A DNA stretch of 64,000 nt from an uncultured Acidobacteriota bacterium (GTDB lineage Bacteria > Acidobacteriota > Vicinamibacteria > Vicinamibacterales > SCN-69-37): positions 1,880,608 through 1,944,607 of the forward strand of contig CAVXSP010000001.1 in the NCBI GenBank assembly GCA_963764505.1. The letters are read 5' to 3'. Made by a program: the position numbers and the translations under genes. Position 1 is the first letter of the stretch, and each line of letters opens with the position of its first letter. Under the pieces are notes generated by a model, which worked only from the letters and a program-made list of their open reading frames with translations, was not told where the DNA came from and did not search any database. Below are positions 46,698 through 57,314 of the stretch, one piece after another.

Positions 46698-47662
46698 TCA
46701 GGCCAGGAGCCTCGTCAGGTCGGCGCCGTGGAAATAGCCAGCGAAGATCGCCTCGAGCGATTCCCTCCGGCGGGCGCGGACCAGCGCCCCGAACTGGCAC
46801 AGGCCCACTCCGTGACCGAACCCGGTGCCGTGAAACGTGTAGCCGTCGTTGGATGCCCCGATCGAGAAGCGGGTGCTGCGGAGCGCCCGGTCGCCGAGCC
46901 GCCGGTTGACGATGGCGCGCAGCGTCTCGCCGCGGAGCAGGCGCGGCTCCGAGCCCTGCACGTCGACGGAGCTCGCCCGGCCGCTGGCGTCGCGGTGCCG
47001 GACATCCAGCCCCTGCAGTTTCGCTCCGACCCGGCTTTGCGAATCGCCGTTCAGGATGCGGCGCAGCTCCTCCCGACCGATGGTGGCCGTCCACGCGCGG
47101 TGCTCCGCGGCCGGGACGATGTCGGCGGAATCCGCGGAGATAGGGCACGGGGGCGCCGCCCCAGACGGCCTCGGCCGCCGCCGTGTGGCCGCCGCAGTCG
47201 GCATGGAAGAGGGCGTCGGCCGGACGCTGCGCGTACGAGAGCACCAGGCCGGCGGTCCGGCCGACGGCCGTCCGTGCGCTCATGGCGAAGCGCGACGTGC
47301 GGATGCGCGCGGGATTGGTACAGCTGGCAGTGGGTCGTGTCGCAGAGGTCGAAGCCCTCCGCGCCGTGGCGTCCCCGGTTCGCGGTCGCGAAGCTGCGCG
47401 CGAGCACGGCCTGGACCTCGTAGATGCGTGCGACGGTCGCGGGCGTCTCGCCGACCGGCGCGATCTCCGCCAGCGCCGATCCCAGGACGTAGTCCTCGAG
47501 CTCCACGGAGATCACGCGGCCGCCCTGCCGGACGAGGACGCGACCCGACATGAACGACGGGCCGCGCTGCGGCGCGCGCGGCCGCGGGACGCCGCACGCC
47601 GCCATCACGCCCGTTCCGGCGAGCGCGAACCACGCGCGTCTCGACAGTCCGACTGCCGGCAT
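46698..47662 (-). CDS. SpoIID/LytB-domain protein with two apparent frameshifts in this assembly (near 47290 and 47145).
   Basis: The protein sequence runs across three track ORFs. It goes from ...FDLCDTTHCQLYQ (47051..47662), to TAVGRTAGLVLSY...LFHADCGGHTAAAEAVWGGAPVPYL (46690..47283), to ...FHGTGFGHGVGLCQFGA (46698..47204). Confidence 0.75.
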
Positions 47663-47822
47663 ACGGAGGATATCGGTCCGATCCGTGAAAGCTTGAGGGT
47701 GTCGTCGTGCGAGACATTTTGCCGGTGAAGGCCGTGCGTTTTTCGTCTACGCTAAACGCGCGGCATTGGCAGGTAACTCGAATCGCGCCCCGAAGAACGC
47801 CGGCCGCTGGTGTACTCGATCG

Positions 47823-50216
47823 ATGCCCGAACCGGTTCTCGTCATCGATGACGATCTGCGCGGCGTGGACGCGCTCGCGATGCTCGGCCGTGACTGCGGT
47901 CTGGACGTCGTCGGCGTCCGCACGCGGGACGAAGCCGTGGGTCTGCTCGCGACAAGGCCGTTCTACGTGGCGGTGCTCGACGGCCAGCCGGAGAGCGAGC
48001 TCGTGCGCGAGCTGCGCGCCGGGGATCCCTGTGCCGAGTACATCGTGATCGCCCGCGACGGCGCCGGCCAGGGCGACTGGCCGGCGGACACACCGGCTCC
48101 GTTCACGGTGCTGCCGGGGTTCGAGCCCGCGCAGCTCGTGGCCACGATCGAGCGCGCGCTCGAACGTCGGCGCGGTGCGCTGGAGCGGCAGCGGCTCAGC
48201 TGGGAGCTGGGCCTGATGAACGAGGTGGCCGGCATCGTCGCCTCTTCGCCCGCGATCGACGTGCTGATGCAGCGGGCCGCGGGCCGAATCTCGACCGCCT
48301 TCGGATCCGAGATCGTCGTCGTGCGGCTCCGCCCGATGGGTGTGGGCGATGCGCGCGTGGTCGCGGCCGCCGGCGCCGACCGGCAGGAGCTGGACCGGCT
48401 GTACGCGCAGGCGCAGGGCGCCTGGCCGACGGAGGTGACGATCCGCCGCGGGCGGATCGTCCGTCTCGACGCGCTCGACGCGCGCAGCGCGCAGACCGAC
48501 CTGCACCGCAAGCTCGGCTGGCGCAGCCTGCTCTCGGTGCCGATCGCGCTCGACAAGGAGGTGCTCGGCGCGCTCGAGATCGGCTCGCAGCTGCCGGCCC
48601 GGTTCGCCGATCAGGACGAGCAGTTCCTGCAGGCGCTCGGGCGCCAGTTCGCGGTCGCCGTGGCGAACGCGCAGCTGTACGAGCGCGTGCACAGGGCGAA
48701 GGTCGAGTGGGAGCGCACGTTCGACGCGATCAGCGATCCGATCGCGGTCTTCGACGCGCACGGCCGCACGATGCGCGTCAACGCCGCCCTGGCGGCGCTC
48801 CGCGGCTGGCCGATCACGCGGACGCAGGGACGCACGTGTGCGGAGGTCGGACTCTGCGGCGGTGGGTGCCCCGACTGCGTCGTCGGGCTCGCGTCCCGCG
48901 AGCTCCGTTCGTCGGAACGCGAGGTCGAGACCGGCGACGGCCGCATCTTCGCCGTGACCACGCTGCCGATCACCGGTCCGTCCGGCGCGGTCGTGCAGTT
49001 CGGCAAGGAGATGACGGAGGAGCGCCGGCGCGCCGCACAGCTCCGCGATCTCAGCCAGGAGCTGCGGTCGACCAACGCGGAGCTCGTCTCGACGCTCGAG
49101 CGCCTCCGGACCACGCAGGCGCAGCTCGTCCAGTCGGAGAAGCTCTCGGCCATCGGCCTGCTGGTGGCAGGCGTCGCGCACGAGCTGAACAACCCGCTCA
49201 CCAGCGTGATCGGCTACGCGCAGCTCGTGAACGACGAGCTGGCCAGCCGGCCGGATCTGGCTGAGGCGGCGGCAAGCCTCAGCGTCGACGTGTCGCGCGT
49301 TCTGACCGAGTCGGAGCGGGCCGCGCGGATCGTCCGGAACCTGCTGACGTTCGCGCGAAGCCAGAGCTCCGAGCGCGAGCGCCAGGACGTGGCGGACCTC
49401 TGCGCGCGCGTCGTGCAGCTCCGCGCGTACGATTTCCGGCTCAAGGAAATCGAGGTCGTCACGCGCTTCGCGCCGGATCTGCCGCCCGTCCACGCCGACG
49501 GGGGGCAGATTCAGCAGGTGCTGCTCAACCTGCTGCTCAACGCCGAACAGGCGATGAAGGGGGCCGCGATGCGGCGGCTCGAGATCAACGTCTCGTTCGA
49601 GGCGGACTGCGGCGCCGTGCTCGTCGAGATCCGAGACAGCGGGCACGGCATCGAGACGGCGAACCTCCGGCGCATCTTCGACCCGTTCTTCACCACCCGG
49701 GGTGTCGGCGACGGGACCGGGCTCGGCCTGAGCATCGCCTACGGGATCGTCCGCGACCACGGCGGCCAGATCTGGGCCGAGAGCCGCCCGGAGCGGACGT
49801 CGTTCTTCATCCGGTTGCCGGCACGGATCGATACGGAGCTGGCGGCGCGTGTCGGGAACGTGCTCGTCGCGCACGGCGACCCCGTCATGCGCGACTTCCT
49901 CGACGCCGTCTTCGTGGGCTGGGGTTTCACGGTGCGGTCGGTAGCGGACCTGCCGGAGGCCCTGGAAAGCCTCGTCGAGGACGACGTCGGGCTGGCGATC
50001 CTGGACCGCACGATCGTGGAGCCCGATCCGAACCGCTGGCACGCCGCGTGGGTCCGGCGCTCACGCCGGCCGATGCTGATCGTGATCGCGCTCTCGTCGA
50101 CCGAGCGCGAGGCCCTGCGGACGTTCCGCGACGAAGCGCCCGTCGTGCTGTCGCCTCCCTATGACCTCTATCAGATTCGATCCGCCCTGCTGGCCGCATG
50201 CGGAGTGCAGTCGTGA
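47823..50216 (+). CDS. Multidomain sensor histidine kinase (REC-like, GAF, PAS, HisKA, HATPase, C-terminal REC-like).
   Basis: The H-box is VAGVAHELNNPLTSVIGY. The N and G boxes are LLNLLLNAEQAM, DSGHGI and GTGLGLSIAYGIV. The N-terminus reads VLVIDDD...VAVLDG. The PAS region carries the motif CAEVGLCGGGCPDC. Confidence 0.85.
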   Translation: MPEPVLVIDDDLRGVDALAMLGRDCGLDVVGVRTRDEAVGLLATRPFYVAVLDGQPESELVRELRAGDPCAEYIVIARDGAGQGDWPADTPAPFTVLPGFEPAQLVATIERALERRRGALERQRLSWELGLMNEVAGIVASSPAIDVLMQRAAGRISTAFGSEIVVVRLRPMGVGDARVVAAAGADRQELDRLYAQAQGAWPTEVTIRRGRIVRLDALDARSAQTDLHRKLGWRSLLSVPIALDKEVLGALEIGSQLPARFADQDEQFLQALGRQFAVAVANAQLYERVHRAKVEWERTFDAISDPIAVFDAHGRTMRVNAALAALRGWPITRTQGRTCAEVGLCGGGCPDCVVGLASRELRSSEREVETGDGRIFAVTTLPITGPSGAVVQFGKEMTEERRRAAQLRDLSQELRSTNAELVSTLERLRTTQAQLVQSEKLSAIGLLVAGVAHELNNPLTSVIGYAQLVNDELASRPDLAEAAASLSVDVSRVLTESERAARIVRNLLTFARSQSSERERQDVADLCARVVQLRAYDFRLKEIEVVTRFAPDLPPVHADGGQIQQVLLNLLLNAEQAMKGAAMRRLEINVSFEADCGAVLVEIRDSGHGIETANLRRIFDPFFTTRGVGDGTGLGLSIAYGIVRDHGGQIWAESRPERTSFFIRLPARIDTELAARVGNVLVAHGDPVMRDFLDAVFVGWGFTVRSVADLPEALESLVEDDVGLAILDRTIVEPDPNRWHAAWVRRSRRPMLIVIALSSTEREALRTFRDEAPVVLSPPYDLYQIRSALLAACGVQS

Positions 50217-51658
50217 GCCCTGACCTGCTCGATCCCGTCGCGCTCATCGTGGACGACGAGCCGGGAATCCGGCAGGTGGCGAGCCGGTTCATCCAGCAGT
50301 GGGGATTCCAGGTCGTCACGGCCCGCGACGGCCGCGAGGCGATCGATCTGCTGCAGAACCGCCGGATCGACGTCGTCATGGTCGATCTCCGGATGCCGGA
50401 AGTGGACGGTCTCGGCGTGCTGAGCGTCATCCGTGACTCGGCGCCCGACACGCGCGCGATTCTGATGACCGGACACACGACCGAGGAGACGCGCTTGGAG
50501 GCGGTCAAGCTCGGCGCGCTGGACTACCTGCCGAAGCCGCTCGACTGGCGGTACCTCGAACAGCGCTTCGCGTCGATCCGCGGCGAGATCGAACGGCGGC
50601 AGAGCATCTTCGGCGTGGAGAGCGAGCTCGCCCGACGCCTCGAGTTCGCCGGCATGATCGGCCGCAGCGCGGTCATGACCGATCTGTTCGAGTTCATCCG
50701 CCGGCTGGCGCCGTATACGCGCGTCGCCCTCGTGACGGGCGAGACGGGCACGGGCAAGGAGCTGGTGGCGCGCGCCCTGCACGACCTCGGCCCGCGCCGC
50801 GAGCGTCGCTTCGTCGCGATCAACTGCTCGGCGGTCGTCGAGACACTGTTCGAGTCCGAGCTGTTCGGCCACGTGCGCGGCGCCTTCACCGGCGCCGTCG
50901 ACCACAAGGCCGGCATGTTCGAGCAGGCGACCGGCGGCACGATCTTCCTGGACGAGATCGGCGAGCTGCCGCTGGGCGTGCAGGCGAAGCTCCTGCGCGT
51001 GCTCGAGCAGGGCGAGGTCTACCGCGTCGGGAGCGTCGAGCCGCGCCGCGTCGACGTGCACGTGATCGCGGCGACGAACCGGGATCTGCGGGTCGAGGTG
51101 AACGCCGGCCGGTTCCGGAGCGACCTCTTCTACCGGCTGAACGTCGTCGAGGTCCAGGTGCCGCCGCTGCGGGCCCGCCGCGAGGACATCCCGTACTTGA
51201 CGGCATCGTTCCTGCGCGCGTCGGCGGAACGCCTCGGGAAGACAATCCAGGGCATCACGCCCTCGGCCGAGCGGCTGCTCGCGGCGGCCGACTGGCCGGG
51301 CAACGTTCGCGAGCTGCGAAACGTCATCGAACGCGCCTGCATTCTCGCCGACAGCCCGCACATCACGGAACGGGAGCTGCGACGGAGTCTGCCCGCCGAC
51401 TCGCCGGCCGTCGCGCCCGAACCGCCGCCCCCCTCCGGCTCCGCGTTCTCGCTGCCCGGCCGATCGGACGACGGTCGACCGGCCCCGTACGGCGACGTCA
51501 GCCTGGCGGCCGTCAACCGCGACCACGTGCGGCGCATCCTCGAGCGTGCCGGCGGCAACAAGAAGCAGGCGGCGGAGCTGCTGGGCGTGAGCCGCCGCGC
51601 CTTCTACCGGCTGCTCAATCGACTCGACCTCGAAGACACGGTGCGGCGGCGGACGTAG
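50198..51658 (+). CDS. NtrC-family sigma54-dependent response regulator (REC + AAA+ + Fis-type HTH).
   Basis: The REC region reads [14 protein letters not shown]. The AAA+ region has GETGTGKE, the GAFTGA loop and ESELFGH. The HTH reads [22 protein letters not shown]. An alternative GTG start at 50213 overlaps the kinase stop. Confidence 0.9.
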   Translation: MRSAVVSPDLLDPVALIVDDEPGIRQVASRFIQQWGFQVVTARDGREAIDLLQNRRIDVVMVDLRMPEVDGLGVLSVIRDSAPDTRAILMTGHTTEETRLEAVKLGALDYLPKPLDWRYLEQRFASIRGEIERRQSIFGVESELARRLEFAGMIGRSAVMTDLFEFIRRLAPYTRVALVTGETGTGKELVARALHDLGPRRERRFVAINCSAVVETLFESELFGHVRGAFTGAVDHKAGMFEQATGGTIFLDEIGELPLGVQAKLLRVLEQGEVYRVGSVEPRRVDVHVIAATNRDLRVEVNAGRFRSDLFYRLNVVEVQVPPLRARREDIPYLTASFLRASAERLGKTIQGITPSAERLLAAADWPGNVRELRNVIERACILADSPHITERELRRSLPADSPAVAPEPPPPSGSAFSLPGRSDDGRPAPYGDVSLAAVNRDHVRRILERAGGNKKQAAELLGVSRRAFYRLLNRLDLEDTVRRRT

Positions 51659-51716
51659 GGACCGACCGGCGTCGTCCGGAAGGCGGAGCGGCCGCGGCGC
51701 GAAGTACAATCCGCCT

Positions 51717-53205
51717 GTGTCCAGCGGCTTCGAAGCGGTGATCGGCCTCGAGATTCATGCGCAGCTCCTGACCCGGACGAAGATCTTCTGCGGGTGTCCG
51801 ACCGCCTTCGGCGCGGCCCCGAACACGAACGTCTGTCCGGTCTGCCTCGGCCTCCCCGGGGCGTTGCCGACAGTGAATCGCGAGGCCGTCCACCTGGCCA
51901 TGAAGGCGGCGCTGGCTCTCGGCTGCACGGTGCACGGGGTGTCGGTCTTCGCACGCAAGAACTACTTCTATCCGGACCTGCCGAAGGGCTATCAGAATCT
52001 CCCAGTACGAACGGCCGCTCGCCACCGGCGGCCGGCTGGAGCTCCAGAGCCCGCGCGGCCGCACGCTCGTGGGCATTACACGCGTCCACATGGAGGAGGA
52101 CGCCGGGAAGTCGCTGCACCACGGGTTCGCGGACTCCGGACGCGCGACATACCTCGACTTCAACCGAAGCGGCGTGCCGCTCATCGAGATCGTCACCGAG
52201 CCGGACCTGCGGTCAGCGGCCGACGCCGCCGAATGCTTCAGCCGCATGCGCGAGATTCTCGTGGCGCTGCAGGTGAACGACGGAAACATGGAAGAGGGCA
52301 GCGTGCGCTGCGACGCGAACGTGTCGGTGCGTCCCGTGGGGAGCGCCAGGCTCGGCACCAAGACCGAGGTCAAGAACGTGAACTCGTTCCGCCACCTGGA
52401 GGAGGCGCTCGAATTCGAGATTGAGCGACAGGTCGAAATCGTCGGCGGCGGCGGCGCGGTCCGGCAGGAGACGCGACTCTGGAACGGCGAGACGGGCGAG
52501 ACGATGTCGATGCGCAGCAAGGAGGAGGCGCACGACTACCGGTACTTCCCGGAGCCCGATCTGTCGCCGCTCGCCGTCGAACAGCGCTGGATTGACGCCG
52601 TTCGCGACAGCCTCCCGGAGCTGCCCGACGCCCGACGCGCGCGGTTCGTCGCGAGCTATGGGTTGAGCCCGTACGACGCCGACGTGATCGTGCGTTTCCC
52701 CGGCGCGGCCGAGTACTTCGAGGCGACCGTCGCCGCCGGCGCCTCACCCAAGGGCGCCGGCAACTGGATCCAGGGCGAGGTGCGCCGCCGCCTCAAGGAG
52801 AGCGGCGCCGAACAGATGCGGGCCGTGCCGATCGGGGCCCAGGCGCTCGCCGAGCTGATCGGGCTCACGGAGACGGGCGTCATCAGCAGTTCGGCGGCCA
52901 AGGACGTCTTCGACAAGATGTGGACGAGCGGCCGCCGCGCGCGCGCGATCGTGGACGAGGAGAAGCTGGCCCAGATCGGAGACGAGACGGCGCTGTCGGC
53001 CCTGGTGGCGGACGTGCTGGCTCGGCACGCAGATGCCGTCGCCCAGTTCCGTGCCGGGCGGTCCGCCACCCTTGGCTTCCTGGTCGGCCAGGTGATGAAG
53101 GCCAGCGGCGGCAAGGCCAATCCCAAGGTCGTGACCGAGCTGCTGAGGCGAGCGGTCGCCGCGGGGAACGCGCCGGGAAGCCAGGATGACGCGGGGAACA
53201 CCTGA
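51717..53205 (+). CDS. gatB: Asp/Glu-tRNA(Asn/Gln) amidotransferase subunit B. One apparent frameshift (an extra A) lies at 51996/51997.
   Basis: The sequence [13 protein letters not shown]...[14 protein letters not shown] runs into a frame break and continues as ISQYERPLA...[15 protein letters not shown]...LIEIVTEPD in the frame of ORF 52069..53205. Confidence 0.9.
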
Positions 53206-53229
53206 GATCCGTCCGGAAGAACCTTCAAG

Positions 53230-53258
53230 TTGACACAGGGCGTTTACGTGCCTACACT
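53230..53258 (+). promoter_or_regulatory. Sigma70-type promoter upstream of the small ORF and the glycerate kinase gene.
   Basis: It reads TTGACA (53230-53235), a 17-nt spacer, then TACACT (53253-53258). The ATG follows 24 nt downstream. Confidence 0.6.
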
Positions 53259-53281
53259 GGATCTCGGCTCCACTGTAAGTA

Positions 53282-53596
53282 ATGAGTTCGAAAGATCGCC
53301 TGACCAGCGTCGCCGACGTCGTCAAGGCCCGACCCCTTGCCGGTCCAACGTGTCAGTGTCTGGCAGAGTTCTTCCGCGAGGAATTCCTCAAGCATCACCA
53401 TTGTCTCGAGCGGCAGCGCGAGTACTACTCGGATATCGCGATCGCGGAAGCCGAGAGCGCGTTGAGCCGCGCGATGGAGCAGATCGAAGGCCTCTGTCAG
53501 CGGGAGGACGCCTGCGAAGTCGTCAGCCGCCTCCTTCGCCAGATCGACGCCGTGACGAAGCTGTCGGCCTGGACCGAACCTGAAACCCTCCACTAA
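53282..53596 (+). CDS. Small hypothetical Cys/His-containing protein (104 aa).
   Basis: It follows a strong sigma70-like promoter and contains CQC...HHHC. Its GC is lower than that of its neighbours. No family was recognised. Confidence 0.4.
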   Translation: MSSKDRLTSVADVVKARPLAGPTCQCLAEFFREEFLKHHHCLERQREYYSDIAIAEAESALSRAMEQIEGLCQREDACEVVSRLLRQIDAVTKLSAWTEPETLH

Positions 53597-54911
53597 TCCT
53601 TCCGCTCTCCATCAGCATCTCGGCGCGATCGTTTCCGGAGCTCTGTCGGCTGTCGACGCTCGTCGTGCGACGGCGAGAACGCTCGCGGCGCTGCACGACG
53701 ATCTTGCGCGCATCGAGCACGTCCGGCTCGTCGCCGCGGGAAAGGCGGCCATCGGCATGGCCGCCGCGGCCTGGAGCGCGTTGGGCGCGCAGCTTTCGGC
53801 GGCGGTCGTCACGGCGTCGGCAGACGATTTCCGGCGGACGTCCGCACACCCGAACGCCGGCGGCGAGGCGGCGCAGTGGACGTTCTTTCCGTCATCGCAC
53901 CCGCTGCCCGATCGCGCGAGCGAGGCTGCGGGGCGCGCCGCGCTGGCGCTCGCCGGGCAGGTGCGGGGTCCGGGCGACCTCCTGCTCGTGCTCCTCTCGG
54001 GCGGCGCGTCGGCGATGTTGTGCGTCCCGGCGATGGGCATCTCGCTCGAGGACCAGCGGGCGGCCACCGCGCAGATGCTTCGGGCGGGCCTGGATATCGG
54101 CGCCATGAACGTCGTGCGCCGGCACCTCTCCGCGATCAAGGGCGGGCAGCTCGCCGCTGCCGCGTTCCAGACGGTCACGTTGGCGATCTCCGATGTCACC
54201 CGGCCGGCCGATGGCGATCCGCTCACCATTGGATCCGGGCCGACCGTCGGCGACGACACCACGTTCGCCGCCGCGCTGGCCGTCGTCGACGAGGCCGGGC
54301 TCCGCGGGACGTTGCCGCCGCCCGTCGTCGCGCACCTGCAGGCTGGCGCGGAGGGCAGGGCGGCGGGGCCCGTTGCGCCCGGAGATCCCAGACTTCGGCG
54401 CAGCGCGTACTGGATCGTCACGTCGCGCCACGACGCGATGCGCGCCGCGGCCGAGACCGCACGGCAGATTGGCTACGACGCCCACGTCTTCGCCGCGGCC
54501 ATCGAGGGCGAAGCGCGCCGGACACCCGGTGCGCTTCTCGGCCGGGCAGAGGCGCTGCGCCGGCCGGCCTGCGCCGTCTGGTCGGGCGAGACCACGGTCC
54601 GGGTCGTGGGCCGGGGCAGCGGCGGACGGAACCAGGAGCTGGCGCTCGCGGCGCTCGAGCCGCTCGCGAGAATGGCGCCGGCGGCGCTGGCGAGCGTCGG
54701 GACCGACGGCATCGACGGGCCAACCGATGCGGCGGGCGCGATCGTCGACTCCGTGATGTGGAGCGCGCTCGGACCGGACCCGCGCGAGGCGTGCCGGCGC
54801 GCGCTCGATGACAATGACGCGCACCCGCTCCTCGACCGTCTCGGCGCGCTCGTCCGCACCGGCGCGACCGGCACCAATGTCGGCGACCTGGTAGTGCTGC
54901 TGCTGCCGTGA
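53580..54911 (+). CDS. Glycerate 2-kinase / hydroxypyruvate reductase family protein (DUF4147 + MOFRL; TtuD-like). The start is unresolved.
   Basis: Motifs VRLVAAGKAAIGMA, LLSGGASAM, RHLSAIKGG, SGETTV and GGRNQE...GTDGIDGPTDAAGA are present. The frame is open from 53556, but there is no ATG, GTG or TTG before 53757, although homology clearly starts upstream of that point. The listed start is a CTG placeholder. Confidence 0.7.
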   Translation: MKPSTNPSALHQHLGAIVSGALSAVDARRATARTLAALHDDLARIEHVRLVAAGKAAIGMAAAAWSALGAQLSAAVVTASADDFRRTSAHPNAGGEAAQWTFFPSSHPLPDRASEAAGRAALALAGQVRGPGDLLLVLLSGGASAMLCVPAMGISLEDQRAATAQMLRAGLDIGAMNVVRRHLSAIKGGQLAAAAFQTVTLAISDVTRPADGDPLTIGSGPTVGDDTTFAAALAVVDEAGLRGTLPPPVVAHLQAGAEGRAAGPVAPGDPRLRRSAYWIVTSRHDAMRAAAETARQIGYDAHVFAAAIEGEARRTPGALLGRAEALRRPACAVWSGETTVRVVGRGSGGRNQELALAALEPLARMAPAALASVGTDGIDGPTDAAGAIVDSVMWSALGPDPREACRRALDDNDAHPLLDRLGALVRTGATGTNVGDLVVLLLP

Positions 54912-54980
54912 GCGGGTCCGCCTCGGCGCCCGTGCCGATCGCCGGCGAGGGGCCCGAACCTTGGAGATACACTGACACCG

Positions 54981-57260
54981 ATGCAGAGTGAAGAACAGGT
55001 CCTGTCCGCGATCCGCGAGCGCGTCGATCATCCCGCCACGGTGCGAGAGCTGCTCCAGCTCCTCCGCATCCCGCGCGACGACCGGGCCTCCTTCAAACGA
55101 AAGTTGCGCGCACTCGTGCAGGCAGGGGAGCTGATCGAGATCCGCGGCCACCGGTTCGGGCTGCCGAACCGGATGAATCTGGTCGTCGGTCGCGTGTCGA
55201 CGCACCCGCGCGGGTTCGCGTTCGTCGAAGCGGAGGCGCCGCACGACGGCGGGCCGGCGAGCATCTTCATCGCCGGCGGCAACCTCAATCAGGCGATGCA
55301 CGGCGATCGGGTCGTCGTGCGGGTGGAGCACGCCGGGGCCGGGGACCGGGCCGAGGGGCGGATCGTGCGCATTCTCGAGCGCGGCGCCCAGGCCATCGTC
55401 GGCCGGTACGACGTGGACGAGTCCGGGCTCGGGTTCGTCGTGCCGTTCGACCGGCGGATCATCATGGACGTGCAGGTGCCCAAGGGCGAGTCGCGCGGCG
55501 CCGCGCCGGGCGAGATGGTGGCGGTCTCCATCACGCGCTGGCCCACGGCCGCGCGGCCGGCGATCGGCCGCGTCACCGAGGTGCTGGGGGCGCTCGACGC
55601 CCCGGGTGTCGACACCGCCGTGATCATCCGGAAGTACGGGCTGGCGGACGTTCACGGTCCGGACGCCGTGGCGGAGGCGAAGCGCCTCGGCACGGCCGTC
55701 CGGGATCGCGACGTGCAGACGCGGACGGACTTCCGGCGCTGGCTCACCGTCACGATCGACGGCGAGCACGCGCGCGACTTCGACGACGCGATCTCGATCG
55801 ATCGGCTTCCGAACGGGAACTTCTGGCTCGGCGTGCACATTGCGGACGTCGCGCACTACGTGGCCGAGGGAAGCGCGCTCGATCGGGAAGCCTACGAGCG
55901 CGCCACGTCCGTGTACTTCCCCGAGCGCGCCGTGCACATGTTCCCCTCGGAGCTGGCAACCGGGCTCTGCAGCCTCAATCCCCACGCCGATCGGCTGGTC
56001 CAGACCTGTCTCATGGAGATCGATCGCCGGTCGGGCACGGTGCTGCGGTACGAGATCCACGACGGCGTGATCCACAGCCATGCGCGGATGACCTACACGG
56101 ACGTCAACGCGATCCTGACGGAGCGGAATCCGCAGGTGATCGAGCGGTACCGGCCGCTGGTGCCCATGTTCGAGCGGATGTTCGAGCTCTTCGAGATCCT
56201 GCACACCCGGCGGCGCCGGCGCGGCTCGATCGACTTCGATCTCAAGGAATCGGAGGTCGTGCTCGACGACGCGGGCATGGTCGAGGCGATCGTGGCGGCG
56301 GAGCGGAACGTCGCGCACCGGCTCATCGAGGAGTTCATGCTCCTCGCGAACGAGACCGTGGCCTCGCACCTCGAGAAGCACGGGATCCCGTCGCTGTATC
56401 GCGTCCACGAGGAGCCGGATCCCGTGAAGGTCGAGGTCTTCGAGGAGTTCATCTCCACGCTCGGCTACTCGCTGGGCGGCGCCGCCGATCACCCGGCGCC
56501 GCGCGATTTCCAGCGCCTGGTCGAGAAGATCCGCGGCAAGCCGGAGGAGAAGCCGATCGCCTTCCTGATGCTGCGCACGATGCAGCGCGCGCGCTACGAT
56601 CCGGCGAACCTCGGGCACTTCGGGCTGGCGGCCGACAGCTATACGCATTTCACGTCACCCATCCGGCGCTATCCGGACCTCGTCGTCCACCGCGTGCTCC
56701 GCGAATCGCGGCACGGCATGAGCGAGGACCGCCGCGCGGAGCTCGTCGAGGACCTGCCCGAGATCGCCCGCCACACCTCCGAGCGCGAACGCCGGGCCGC
56801 GGACGCGGAGCGGGAGCTCGTCCAGTGGAAGAAGGTCCGGTTCATGGCCGACAAGGTCGGCGACGAGTTCCAGGGCTACGTGACCGGCGTGAGCGCGTTC
56901 GGCCTCTACGTCGAGCTGGTCGAACACTTCGTCGAGGGGATGGTGCACGTCTCGACGATGGCCGACGACTACTACCGGTTCGTCGAGCGCGCGCATCTGC
57001 TGCGCGGCGAGAAGAACGCACGCACGTACCGGCTCGGCGACAAGGTCGCCGTCCAGGTCATCCGGGTCGACCTGGAGCGGCGTCAGATCGACCTCGGACT
57101 GACGGAGATTCTCGACGCGGTCCGCGAGTCGGAGAAGCATCGCGGCCCGCGGCGGAGCGCGGCACGACCGAAGCGCGAGAAGCCTCAGGGGCGCGGGAAG
57201 CGTCCCGGTCCGCGCGAGCGATCGTTCCGCAGGGCCGCGCGGAGGCGCGGAGGGAAATGA
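54981..57260 (+). CDS. rnr: Ribonuclease R.
   Basis: It has an N-terminal wHTH and CSD ([14 protein letters not shown]). The RNB motifs are [16 protein letters not shown] and the C-terminal S1 region reads [17 protein letters not shown]. The tail is basic. Confidence 0.9.
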   Translation: MQSEEQVLSAIRERVDHPATVRELLQLLRIPRDDRASFKRKLRALVQAGELIEIRGHRFGLPNRMNLVVGRVSTHPRGFAFVEAEAPHDGGPASIFIAGGNLNQAMHGDRVVVRVEHAGAGDRAEGRIVRILERGAQAIVGRYDVDESGLGFVVPFDRRIIMDVQVPKGESRGAAPGEMVAVSITRWPTAARPAIGRVTEVLGALDAPGVDTAVIIRKYGLADVHGPDAVAEAKRLGTAVRDRDVQTRTDFRRWLTVTIDGEHARDFDDAISIDRLPNGNFWLGVHIADVAHYVAEGSALDREAYERATSVYFPERAVHMFPSELATGLCSLNPHADRLVQTCLMEIDRRSGTVLRYEIHDGVIHSHARMTYTDVNAILTERNPQVIERYRPLVPMFERMFELFEILHTRRRRRGSIDFDLKESEVVLDDAGMVEAIVAAERNVAHRLIEEFMLLANETVASHLEKHGIPSLYRVHEEPDPVKVEVFEEFISTLGYSLGGAADHPAPRDFQRLVEKIRGKPEEKPIAFLMLRTMQRARYDPANLGHFGLAADSYTHFTSPIRRYPDLVVHRVLRESRHGMSEDRRAELVEDLPEIARHTSERERRAADAERELVQWKKVRFMADKVGDEFQGYVTGVSAFGLYVELVEHFVEGMVHVSTMADDYYRFVERAHLLRGEKNARTYRLGDKVAVQVIRVDLERRQIDLGLTEILDAVRESEKHRGPRRSAARPKREKPQGRGKRPGPRERSFRRAARRRGGK

Positions 57261-57314
57261 GGGGATGAGGCACCGGGGCAACGGCACGGCCCCGTCTCCT
57301 CATGGCAGTCCGCC

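Noticed and set aside
46628-46700. An ECF-type autoregulatory promoter (GGAAC-N16-CGT) upstream of the ECF sigma gene.
   Set aside because: Only a GAAC ... CGT pair with ~24-nt spacing is present, which does not fit ECF geometry. The TGCTAGAAT box is the better candidate.
47762-47785. A possible sigma54 promoter (TGGCAG-N5-TCGAA) upstream of the hybrid kinase / NtrC-type operon.
   Set aside because: The -12 element lacks the conserved GC (TTGC), so the match is too weak to report as a feature.
51996-51997. The frameshifts in gatB, the TonB-like gene, SpoIID and others as programmed ribosomal frameshifting, or as UGA-Sec recoding linked to selB.
   Set aside because: No slippery heptamer with a downstream structure is present, and the breaks are true frame changes rather than in-frame TGA codons. 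They all fall at 2-4-nt homopolymers in unrelated genes, which fits indel error better.
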